In this document: one piece after another, positions 28,433-36,162 of the stretch
Layout of the letters: the number at the start of each line of letters is the position of its first letter
Numbering within the stretch: the stretch's first letter is position 1
NCBI GenBank assembly: GCA_947169105.1
Contig: CAMVOL010000009.1
Span: forward strand, 11,095-75,094
Length of the DNA stretch: 64,000 nucleotides
Direction: 5' to 3'
DNA from: an uncultured Bacteroidales bacterium
GTDB lineage: Bacteria > Bacteroidota > Bacteroidia > Bacteroidales > WCHB1-69
Program-made: the position numbers and the translations under genes
Notes under the pieces: generated by a model
The model's database searches: none
Told to the model about the DNA's origin: nothing
Seen by the model: only the letters and a program-made list of their open reading frames with translations

Positions 28433-29608
28433 ATGAACACAAAAAAATGGTTTTTATTATTCATAATATTTGCATTTTTTAACGTGCAGGCGTTCCCACA
28501 GGTAAAGGACGGTATCAGCAAGGTTGTGATTGATGCCGGACACGGCGGCGAAGACCCCGGCGCTGTGGGCAGCAAGGGAAAGGAGAAGGATGTCACACTG
28601 GCCGTGGCGCTGGAACTTGGCAAGCTCATCTCGGAAAACTGCCCCGATGTCGATGTTTTCTATACCCGTAAAACGGATGTCTTCATCCCGCTGTACAACC
28701 GCTCCAAAATCGCCAACGACAAGCATGCCGACCTCTTCATCTCCATCCATTGCAACTCCGCCGACAACAAGACGGCCAACGGGGTGGAAACCTTCGTGAT
28801 GGGACTCCACAAAACGGAGTCCAGTCTTGACGTGGCCCGCAAGGAGAACGCCTCCATGCTGTTGGAAAAGGACTACAAGAACAAATACGGTGACTTCAAC
28901 CCCAATTCGCCGGAATCCTATGTCATTTTCTCGCTATATAGCAGCGCCTACTTGGAAAGTTCGGTGCAGTTGGCCTCAAAGGTGCAGAAGAACCTGCTGA
29001 AATGCACGCACTTCCGCGACCGTCAGGTGCAGCAGGCCGGCTTCTGGGTGCTACACAAGGTGGCCATGCCCAGCATCCTCGTGGAACTTGGCTTCATTTC
29101 CAACAAGTCGGAGGAGGCGCAACTACTTGACCCGACGTTCCAAAAGGCAATGGCCGCCTCGCTTTGCAACGCCTTCATCGAGTACAAGAATCAGGTGGAG
29201 GGTAACAGTGCCGCCCTCATCACCGTGCCGGAAACCAAACCGCAGCCGAAAAAGGAGGAGGCGGAGACTGCAAAACCGGAAGAGAAGCCCTCTGTTGCGG
29301 AAAAACCTGAACTTCAACCTGTTGACGACCCTGCGCCGCAGGCCGAAACAGGAGTGGTCTTCAAGGTGCAGATCTTTGCCCTGCCCGACAAACTCGGCCC
29401 CAACGACCCCAAATACGCCGGTCTGAAAAACGTGGACAAATACTTTGAAGGGAACCTTTGGAAATACACCGTTGGAAGCGAGAAGAAATTCGCTGACATC
29501 CAAGCTGTTCTGAAAACCACCAAAGAGAAATTCCCCGATGCCTTTGTCATCGCTTTCAAAGACGGGAAGAAGATTCCCGTGCCTGAAGCACGCAAACTTA
29601 CAGAGTAA
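28433..29608 (+). CDS. N-acetylmuramoyl-L-alanine amidase (Amidase_3) with C-terminal SPOR domain
   Basis: The internal ATG of ORF 28097-29608 gives the signal peptide MNTKKWFLLFIIFAFFNVQA. Features are VVIDAGHGGEDPGA, SIHCNS, GFWVLH, a Pro/Glu/Lys linker and a SPOR-like end (VFKVQIFAL...FVIAFKDGK). Confidence 0.88.
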   Translation: MNTKKWFLLFIIFAFFNVQAFPQVKDGISKVVIDAGHGGEDPGAVGSKGKEKDVTLAVALELGKLISENCPDVDVFYTRKTDVFIPLYNRSKIANDKHADLFISIHCNSADNKTANGVETFVMGLHKTESSLDVARKENASMLLEKDYKNKYGDFNPNSPESYVIFSLYSSAYLESSVQLASKVQKNLLKCTHFRDRQVQQAGFWVLHKVAMPSILVELGFISNKSEEAQLLDPTFQKAMAASLCNAFIEYKNQVEGNSAALITVPETKPQPKKEEAETAKPEEKPSVAEKPELQPVDDPAPQAETGVVFKVQIFALPDKLGPNDPKYAGLKNVDKYFEGNLWKYTVGSEKKFADIQAVLKTTKEKFPDAFVIAFKDGKKIPVPEARKLTE

Positions 29609-29623
29609 ACTATCATTTTTTCT

Positions 29624-31240
29624 ATGGATAATCTAAAAGAAATTTTTGTTCAAAAATGCCAGATTCCGGCAGAGTATCATCTCAATCCTTTCCCTTTTCA
29701 TCAAACAAACTACCTCATCAACGGTGAGTTGCGGAAATGGGAGGGAGAATACAACGAAGTTCTTTCCCCCATATATGTAAAAGAAGGGGAAAACTGCACC
29801 CGCTCCATCGGGAGCTACCCGATGATGGGGGAGAAGGAGGCACTGGAAGCCCTTGACGCCGCCGTCGCCGCCTATAACCACGGCAACGGGGAGTGGCCCT
29901 CGATGAGTGTGGAACAACGCATCGGCTGCATCCGCAACTTTGTGATGATGATGCAGGAACAGCGCGACCTCATCGTCAACCTGCTGATGTGGGAAATCGG
30001 AAAGTCGCGGCCCGATTCCGAAAAGGAGTTCGACCGCACGGTGGATTACATCAACGATACCATCGAGGCACTCAAGCAGCTGGACAGGACTTCGTCGCGG
30101 TTCACCATCTCGCAGCACATCATCGCCCAGATCCGCCGGGCGCCCCTTGGGGTGGTGCTCTGCATGGGTCCGTTCAACTATCCTCTGAATGAGACATTTA
30201 CCACATTGATTCCAGCCCTTATCATGGGCAACTGTGTGATTTTCAAACCCCCGAAACTGGGTGTGCTGCTGCACGCGCCGTTGCTGAAGGCCTTCCAGAC
30301 CGCCTTCCCGAAAGGTGTCGTCAACACCATTTACGGAGAAGGTGAGAAGGTGATTACCCCCATTATGCAAAGCGGGAAAATCGATGTGTTCGCCTTCATC
30401 GGCACCAGCCGTGTGGCCGACATCCTGAAAAAACAGCACCCGCAGCCGCACCGCCTGAAATCCGTTTTGGGTCTGGATGCGAAAAATCCCGGTATCGTTC
30501 TCAAAGATGCTGATTTGCAAAACGCTGTAAACGAATGTGTTTTGGGCGCTCTTTCGTTTAATGGCCAGCGTTGTACCGCCATCAAGATCATTTTTGTCCA
30601 TGAGGATATTGCGGAAACGTTTGCCACGATGATGGCGGAAGCAGTTGAGAAGCTGAAAATCGGTCTTCCCTGGACGAAAGGGGTCAACATCACCCCGCTG
30701 CCCGAGGAAAACAAGGCCGAATTTCTGCACGACCTCATTGACGATGCCGTATCGAAAGGGGCGAAATTGATGAATCCGAACGGTGGGAAAAGTCACCTTT
30801 CGCTGTTCTTCCCTGCAATCCTCTTCGGTGTTAACAAGGAGATGAAGCTTTGGAACAAGGAGCAGTTCGGCCCTGTCATCCCCATCGCCACCTACCGCTC
30901 CATCGAGGAGCCGCTGAACTACGTCGTGGAGTCGAACTATGGCCAGCAGGCCGCTGTTTTCGGGAAAGACCCCAAGGAGTTGGCACGGCTTATCGACGTG
31001 CTGGTCAATCAGGTGTGCCGCGTCAATGTCAATTCGCAGTGCCAGCGCGGTCCCGATGACTTCCCCTTCACCGGACGGAAAGACAGTGCCGAAGCCACGC
31101 TCTCGGTGTCGGACGCCCTCCGCGTCTTCTCCATCCGCACGCTGGTTTCCACCAAGGAAAACGACACGAACATCGGCATCGTCCGACAGATTTTGAAGGA
31201 CGATCTCTCCACCTTCCTCAATACAGATTTTATTCTGTAG
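29624..31240 (+). CDS. NADP-dependent aldehyde dehydrogenase, GapN-like (non-phosphorylating G3P dehydrogenase family)
   Basis: 538-aa ALDH superfamily protein with catalytic Cys in FNGQRCTAIK, LGLDAKNP in place of ELGGK, and EQFGPV. Confidence 0.7.
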   Translation: MDNLKEIFVQKCQIPAEYHLNPFPFHQTNYLINGELRKWEGEYNEVLSPIYVKEGENCTRSIGSYPMMGEKEALEALDAAVAAYNHGNGEWPSMSVEQRIGCIRNFVMMMQEQRDLIVNLLMWEIGKSRPDSEKEFDRTVDYINDTIEALKQLDRTSSRFTISQHIIAQIRRAPLGVVLCMGPFNYPLNETFTTLIPALIMGNCVIFKPPKLGVLLHAPLLKAFQTAFPKGVVNTIYGEGEKVITPIMQSGKIDVFAFIGTSRVADILKKQHPQPHRLKSVLGLDAKNPGIVLKDADLQNAVNECVLGALSFNGQRCTAIKIIFVHEDIAETFATMMAEAVEKLKIGLPWTKGVNITPLPEENKAEFLHDLIDDAVSKGAKLMNPNGGKSHLSLFFPAILFGVNKEMKLWNKEQFGPVIPIATYRSIEEPLNYVVESNYGQQAAVFGKDPKELARLIDVLVNQVCRVNVNSQCQRGPDDFPFTGRKDSAEATLSVSDALRVFSIRTLVSTKENDTNIGIVRQILKDDLSTFLNTDFIL

Positions 31241-31243
31241 GGA

Positions 31244-31549
31244 CTAATTTTCAATTGTTTCAATAAGAAAAGATACGGGACGGAAACCGTCGTTGCAGGA
31301 AAGCATCGCCGAGTGCGGGTTCTTCATCCAGCCGTCGTAGAAGTTGCCGCCGCCACTTGCCAGTGCCAATACAAAGGGAGCCAGCGACTGCCACGCGCTG
31401 TCGCACAGGCCGTCGGGCTTTTGCGCATCTTCGGAAACAAAAACCTCCCCCTCCTGATGGTCGCAGGCGTGTTCGATGGGGTTCTCATACTTCTCGGACA
31501 AATCTTGATAGTGGACTTTCCTTATGACGGTAATTCTGACTCTTTTCAT
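31244..31549 (-). CDS. TIGR04076 family protein
   Basis: Start at MKRVRITVIRK (the ORF extends to 31573). The ~101-aa product has the characteristic C-x-H...GLCDSAW...GGNFYDGWM pattern. Confidence 0.7.
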   Translation of the reverse strand: MKRVRITVIRKVHYQDLSEKYENPIEHACDHQEGEVFVSEDAQKPDGLCDSAWQSLAPFVLALASGGGNFYDGWMKNPHSAMLSCNDGFRPVSFLIETIEN

Positions 31550-31670
31550 CTTTTTTATACAGAAGAAAAACAAACAATCAGCACTAATTCCTAACTCTTG
31601 ATTCCTAATTCATTTATTCTAAATATTTTACAATCTTAAAAAAAGATATTGCAAAAATAAAAAAAAGTAG

Positions 31671-31678
31671 TACTTTTG
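31671..31678 (+). promoter_or_regulatory. -7 promoter box (TACTTTTG) for tRNA-Val
   Basis: agTACTTTTGCAACC ends 19 nt before the tRNA 5' end. Confidence 0.55.
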
Positions 31679-31696
31679 CAACCTCAAATCAAGCAC

Positions 31697-31774
31697 GATC
31701 TGTTAGCTCAGTTGGTTTAGAGCGCTTGCTTGACAGGCAAGAGGTCACTGGTTCAAATCCAGTACAGATCACCA
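31697..31774 (+). tRNA. tRNA-Val (anticodon GAC), CCA encoded
   Basis: Cloverleaf folded by eye. Acceptor GATCTGT/ACAGATC, D-stem GCTC/GAGC, anticodon stem CTTGC/GCAAG with loop TTGACAG, T-arm ACTGG-TTCAAAT-CCAGT, then ACCA. Confidence 0.9.
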
Positions 31775-31777
31775 GGC

Positions 31778-31817
31778 AAAAAGGAACATCGGAAGGTGTT
31801 CCTTTTTTATTTTTTTA
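31778..31817 (+). terminator. Rho-independent terminator after tRNA-Val, probably bidirectional
   Basis: Stem AAAAGGAACA / TGTTCCTTTT with an 8-nt loop, followed by a T-run. It overlaps the stop codon of the convergent esterase gene. Confidence 0.7.
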
Positions 31818-33063
31818 CAACCTTTTGGAACTGCGTGCCCTTATTCGTATTGATTTGGAGAATATAGGTGCCGGAAGAAAGGGAACTTACATTCATTACG
31901 GCGTTGTCTTTCTGCTTTTTCAGTAACTTTCCCTGCATATCATAGAGTTCGCACGAGAAGTTGGAATTGCGGTCGCCGATTTGCAGATAGAGGCAATCTT
32001 CCACAGGATTCGGGAAAACCTGTATAGGTTCATTGTCAATATCGGAAATGGCTTCGGATGTCGGTTGGTCAAAAATAATGTCCGTCATGAACGCGAGGGC
32101 GATGCGGAAGCAAGTGTCCAATTCTTCGGGAAGCAGGGTGGTGGTTCCTTCAATGTAAAAGCAATGTTCCTTTCCCTCAAAGGTGTGGAGTTCGTGTTCC
32201 ACCCCAAGCGAAGTAAGGCGCTGGTCAAGATAGTAGGAACCGTACAAATCGGGTAGAACGAGGGAGGTTACACCCAGAAAACTTCCACCGTAGGGAGCCC
32301 CGTATTCGTAAGGTACGGTTTCATCGGCGGTGCCGTGGATAAGACAGACGGGGGTGGTGTCGTCATTGCTGATGATGTTGGTGTCCATCACGCCGCCCCA
32401 TTGGGCGATCAGTCCGGCGATGCGCGGGGAATACGAAAGGTATTCGGGGAATCCCGTTGTGTGAATATTTCCGAGGTCGCTATGCCCGCCGATTCCCAAC
32501 CAGCCGTCGTCTTCAAACGTTTCTTCCGGTCGTTCATCGTCATCCATCCACAAGAAATACATGGAGGCGATGGTACCGGCGGAATTGCCAAGCACGAAAA
32601 TGCGGTTGGTGTCAATGCCATACAAATCGCAATTCCCTTTGAAGAAACGGACGGCGGCGCTGACGTCCTGCGCGGCCATATAACCGGCACGGATGAAGTT
32701 GGTTTCCGTAATCCGATATACGGGCAGCAACCGGTAATCGATGGAGGCGACGGCATAACCGTAGTGGCTCAACGAGTCAGCGAAGGCCACCATATCGCAC
32801 CAGCTGCGGTTGCCCGCGACGAAGGCGCCGCCAAACACCGTAATCACCAAAGGCCGATGGGCCATCGTGTCGTTGGCGGGTTCGTAAAAGTCAAAATAGA
32901 GCGGATCTTCCGTGTCGCTTCCGACGGGCGCACCCTGTCCGTACTGGATTTCCGAACGAACCGTAATGTCCTGGAACACACGGTTAAAAAAACGAGTACT
33001 GCTTTGGGCATAAAGCATCACGCTCGTCATCAATAAAAAGGTGATCAGTGTGATTTTTTTCAT
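31807..33063 (-). CDS. Secreted alpha/beta-hydrolase (esterase) with T9SS C-terminal sorting domain
   Basis: 418 aa with a signal peptide, GNSAGT nucleophile elbow and HGTADETV. The C-terminal ~75 aa (VFPNPVEDCLYLQI...SSLSSGTYILQINTNKGTQFQKVVKK) match the Por_Secre_tail pattern. Confidence 0.82.
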   Translation of the reverse strand: MKKITLITFLLMTSVMLYAQSSTRFFNRVFQDITVRSEIQYGQGAPVGSDTEDPLYFDFYEPANDTMAHRPLVITVFGGAFVAGNRSWCDMVAFADSLSHYGYAVASIDYRLLPVYRITETNFIRAGYMAAQDVSAAVRFFKGNCDLYGIDTNRIFVLGNSAGTIASMYFLWMDDDERPEETFEDDGWLGIGGHSDLGNIHTTGFPEYLSYSPRIAGLIAQWGGVMDTNIISNDDTTPVCLIHGTADETVPYEYGAPYGGSFLGVTSLVLPDLYGSYYLDQRLTSLGVEHELHTFEGKEHCFYIEGTTTLLPEELDTCFRIALAFMTDIIFDQPTSEAISDIDNEPIQVFPNPVEDCLYLQIGDRNSNFSCELYDMQGKLLKKQKDNAVMNVSSLSSGTYILQINTNKGTQFQKVVKK

Positions 33064-33097
33064 AGAAATCCATTTTTTTGAAGGCGCAAAAATACGG

Positions 33098-33133
33098 AAA
33101 AAATAAAAAAAGAGGAAAGCAGCGCCTTCCTCT
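33098..33133 (-). terminator. Rho-independent terminator (minus strand)
   Basis: Stem AGAGGAA / TTCCTCT with a 9-nt loop. On the minus strand it is followed by a T-run. Confidence 0.65.
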
Positions 33134-33158
33134 TTTTATACAGGTAATAAAACGTAAA

Positions 33159-33851
33159 CTATTCAATAGGGTTTCCATGAAGAACAATCACATCCTCATC
33201 GTCATTGGCTTCTTCTCCTTTTGATGATAGAGTAAGGTGTATTTTTTGGCAAACCCCAGGTTCAATGGTGACTTCACCACGCCAGCCATATTGCCAATTG
33301 TCAGTTGCAACAAGCTCATAAGTTCCTTTAGGACTATTTGGGAAATTCGCACACCTATGATCACCGCAATCAGGAACTCCTGAAGGAACTACGCCAGGAT
33401 ATCCTGTTTTGTCTAAAAAGTAAACAAATACAAAACGTCCCAAACTTTGTGACAAATAAACTGTTAGATCTCCACTTTCACGAACAGAGAGATTCACTGT
33501 TGCCGTTTCAAGCTTTTTGCCGTGTTTCGAAAATACTACCAGACGAACGGTGTATTCGCCAGGTTCAGAGTATTCATGTTCGATGTACAGATCGGATTGA
33601 TTATATGTGTTATTTAGTGTTTCTGTTGTCCCATCGCCATAATCACAAGTATATTCGAAAACATTTGAGCATTTGATATGAAAACGTATCGGCTCGCCGA
33701 CACCATAAATGTTACCACTTCGTGTTGTATAGTGATTGTTTTTAGCAGCCGTGTCATCAATAGTGAACATTACAGACGGCTGTTTGTCGCAACTGTTCAG
33801 AAAAAAGGGAAGCAAAAGGGTGAAAAGATAAAATAATTTTTTCATAATCAT
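33159..33851 (-). CDS. PKD-domain lipoprotein (hypothetical)
   Basis: 230 aa with lipobox LLPFFLNSC and a PKD-like motif (CDYGDGTTE...HEYSEPGEYTVRLVV). The region is more AT-rich by eye than its neighbours. Confidence 0.65.
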   Translation of the reverse strand: MIMKKLFYLFTLLLPFFLNSCDKQPSVMFTIDDTAAKNNHYTTRSGNIYGVGEPIRFHIKCSNVFEYTCDYGDGTTETLNNTYNQSDLYIEHEYSEPGEYTVRLVVFSKHGKKLETATVNLSVRESGDLTVYLSQSLGRFVFVYFLDKTGYPGVVPSGVPDCGDHRCANFPNSPKGTYELVATDNWQYGWRGEVTIEPGVCQKIHLTLSSKGEEANDDEDVIVLHGNPIE

Positions 33852-33872
33852 TTGATTTTAAAATATTTATAA

Positions 33873-34970
33873 TTATTTGAAAACATAACGGACACTCAGA
33901 CACACAGCCCAGTCAAAGAAGTGATAGTCCCAAATGTCATCGAAAACACACCCGTATCCCGGACGGAAATCGAATTGGAGTGAAACAGGTTTTTCAAATA
34001 CATACTCCAACCCTAAAAGAGCACCCGCACCAGCTTTGCCGCCATGTTCAAACAATTCGTAACCAATATTGATACCGCCGCCTGCAATTCCATAAAGTCC
34101 TTTGGTAAATTGTCCCTGATATAGGAAATTCAGATTTAGTACAGGTGCAGCCCAATACATATCGAAAGGAACCCCAAGAGACACTTCAAATCCCGCCAAA
34201 TCCAATTCGATGGCGAAGTGGTCTTTGATAAATGTTTTGTAGGATATGCCGTTTATATTTCCAACTACAAGCCCCAAACTGTGCTTGTATGGGAATTTTT
34301 CACTAAAAATGGCGATGTTTTCTTTGGGGGCCTTCTCTTTTTCTTCTTTCACTTTTGGGCTTTGGACGGGCTTCTCTTCATCCTTGCTCTTTGTTTGTGG
34401 TTCGGCGGCTTTCTTCTCTTCCTTTTGCTGTTCCCCTTCTGCTATGGGCGCAGGTGTTGTTTCAACATCCGCCTTGTTTTCAGCCACATTTGAACCCTGT
34501 TCAGTCACGGGTTTTGTAACAGGTTCGGATACGGTTTCTGCAGGTTTTGTTTCCGTAGCAGCCACATACGGCGACCATACGCAACGGATGCTGTTCTTGT
34601 CACTGAAGGCGCATGTTTTCACCTTACCATTGGCAGAAACAGCGTAAAAATCCAGCTTTCCGACCACCTTGTCCATTGTCCAGTAGGTGTTCCCTGTTGT
34701 CAATCCGGCGTTTTGCGATGCAAGCACCTGCAATTCATTTAGGGTAGGCAACCGCCAACCGTCCCCTTTGTTCTGGCAGGCACACACCGCGTCGGGACGG
34801 TTCAGTTTCTCGGGTTCATCGTAAGAGAAAAGGTAAAGTCCATTTGCGCCTTCCACCGGTTTCGTACCGTAAGGAGGCGAAACCTGTCCGTACAACCGTA
34901 CTCCCACCAATAGGAAAAATCCCAAAAAGAGATAGGTGATCTTACAAAAAGATATATTCATAAAACACAT
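33873..34970 (-). CDS. DUF1566 (Lcl C-terminal-like) domain - Lys/Glu/Pro linker - small outer-membrane beta-barrel fusion protein
   Basis: 365 aa (alternative start ATG 34961). The N-terminal domain has CQNKGDGWRLPTLNELQVL (DUF1566 signature). A ~80-aa charged low-complexity linker follows. The C-terminal ~150 aa show alternating-hydrophobic strands ending in ...LSVRYVFK with an aromatic residue near the end. Confidence 0.6.
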   Translation of the reverse strand: MCFMNISFCKITYLFLGFFLLVGVRLYGQVSPPYGTKPVEGANGLYLFSYDEPEKLNRPDAVCACQNKGDGWRLPTLNELQVLASQNAGLTTGNTYWTMDKVVGKLDFYAVSANGKVKTCAFSDKNSIRCVWSPYVAATETKPAETVSEPVTKPVTEQGSNVAENKADVETTPAPIAEGEQQKEEKKAAEPQTKSKDEEKPVQSPKVKEEKEKAPKENIAIFSEKFPYKHSLGLVVGNINGISYKTFIKDHFAIELDLAGFEVSLGVPFDMYWAAPVLNLNFLYQGQFTKGLYGIAGGGINIGYELFEHGGKAGAGALLGLEYVFEKPVSLQFDFRPGYGCVFDDIWDYHFFDWAVCLSVRYVFK

Positions 34971-34987
34971 ATTTTATTGTTAAACAA

Positions 34988-35470
34988 TTAATTAAGAACA
35001 GCAGTGGCAACCATTTGCGTACCAGCGGGGATAGAGGCATTACCCCCTTTGATGCACAAGAAAAGGAGTCCCACGGGAAATGTGATGATTCCGAAAACCA
35101 CCCCACAGGCAACGGCGGCCCCGCGTCGGTTCTTTCCAATGTCGGACTTTTCAGGTCCATTAAGTGTTACCACTTGCCCATTTACATCCGTGGTGCTCAC
35201 AGGTCTTACCGTAATTGTCCCCGGTATTCCCAACCCACGATGCTTTTCCGATTGTATGTCCATCACCACTGGCGTACCGGCGGCAATCACAATCTTACCG
35301 TCTTTCGTAACATCATTGCTGACCACCACAGAACCAGTTTCCGTTTTCACCTTATCCTTACGGAGTGTTTTCACCACTTCCAAACCCACATTCACCGTTT
35401 GCTGGGCATTTGCCTGGAAAAATCCAACACTTAAAAATATTGCACAAATAATCACAAGGATTTTCTTCAT
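34988..35470 (-). CDS. Hypothetical secreted/membrane-anchored protein
   Basis: Start at MKKILVIICAIFLSVGFFQANA (the ORF extends to 35545). It has a beta-rich body and a hydrophobic segment near the C-terminus (AAVACGVVFGIITFPVGLLFLCI). Confidence 0.55.
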   Translation of the reverse strand: MKKILVIICAIFLSVGFFQANAQQTVNVGLEVVKTLRKDKVKTETGSVVVSNDVTKDGKIVIAAGTPVVMDIQSEKHRGLGIPGTITVRPVSTTDVNGQVVTLNGPEKSDIGKNRRGAAVACGVVFGIITFPVGLLFLCIKGGNASIPAGTQMVATAVLN

Positions 35471-35574
35471 AATACTTTGATTTTTAAAGTTCTTCGATAA
35501 AATTTGAAATGAAGTACCATAAAGAAAATTTTGAGCAGGACACAAAAAAAGCGTGGCACTTCAGCTCGCTTTAT

Positions 35575-35868
35575 TTAGAACTTCTGAGGTCTTCGACTAC
35601 CTAATTCTTCCCAAATATTACGATGTAAGCCCACGCCAATCGGCGGGAATATAGCGGCTTGGTCGGGAAGAATTTTTGAAAGTGTCGAAGTTTCAGAAAT
35701 TCCGATTAGCGAAACGCTTTTTCCTTCTTATAGTGTATGTGCTCTTTAAGTGGTTATCTCATAGGCAGATGGTTTCGTTTGCAAATATGGTTTCTATATC
35801 TTTCTTTAATAAAGGGATGTGCTTTGCGACAAGACATCCTCCAAGTGCTTTTTAACAAATTCCTCCAT
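35575..35868 (-). pseudogene. Decayed HepT (DUF86) toxin gene remnant
   Basis: ATG 35868 overlaps the MNT stop by 17 nt, the usual MNT-HepT arrangement. It reads MEEFVKKHLEDVLSQSTSLY* and then continues only through frame changes (…KKDIETIFANET…, …YIPADWRGL…, …GLHRNIWEEL…). The PxxW..GLRN-like piece suggests a disrupted RxxxxHxY region. Confidence 0.45.
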
Positions 35869-36160
35869 ACAATTGCTTTTTTGTGCGGTCAATGTTGTTG
35901 AGCAAAACGGTATTTTTAATCCCCGTCAACTCCAACAGATCAACTTCGCGGCCAAGCATGCTTGACAAAGATTCTTTAAATGAAAAATAATTGTCTGCAT
36001 ACTCTTCGGGGGGAATATTATCAAATTCAACGAGGAAGTCAATGTCACTTGTAGGAGAAAAACGGTTAGTCAGGACAGAGCCAAAAACAGACAAGGTTTT
36101 AACCTTGTACTTTTTGCACAAGAAAATGATTGTCTGTATGTTGGCTTCCAAAATATTCAT
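35852..36160 (-). CDS. Minimal nucleotidyltransferase (MNT antitoxin of HepT/MNT type VII TA family)
   Basis: Start at MNILEANIQ (ATG 36160, 2 nt after the mutB stop). It carries the GSxxxG...DxD motif (VFGSVLTNRFSPTSDIDFLVEF). Confidence 0.8.
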   Translation of the reverse strand: MNILEANIQTIIFLCKKYKVKTLSVFGSVLTNRFSPTSDIDFLVEFDNIPPEEYADNYFSFKESLSSMLGREVDLLELTGIKNTVLLNNIDRTKKQLYGGIC

Positions 36161-36162
36161 GA

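Noticed and set aside
31726-31926. 66-aa + ORF starting inside tRNA-Val.
   Set aside because: It overlaps the tRNA, its terminator and the 3' end of the esterase gene, and has no coding features.
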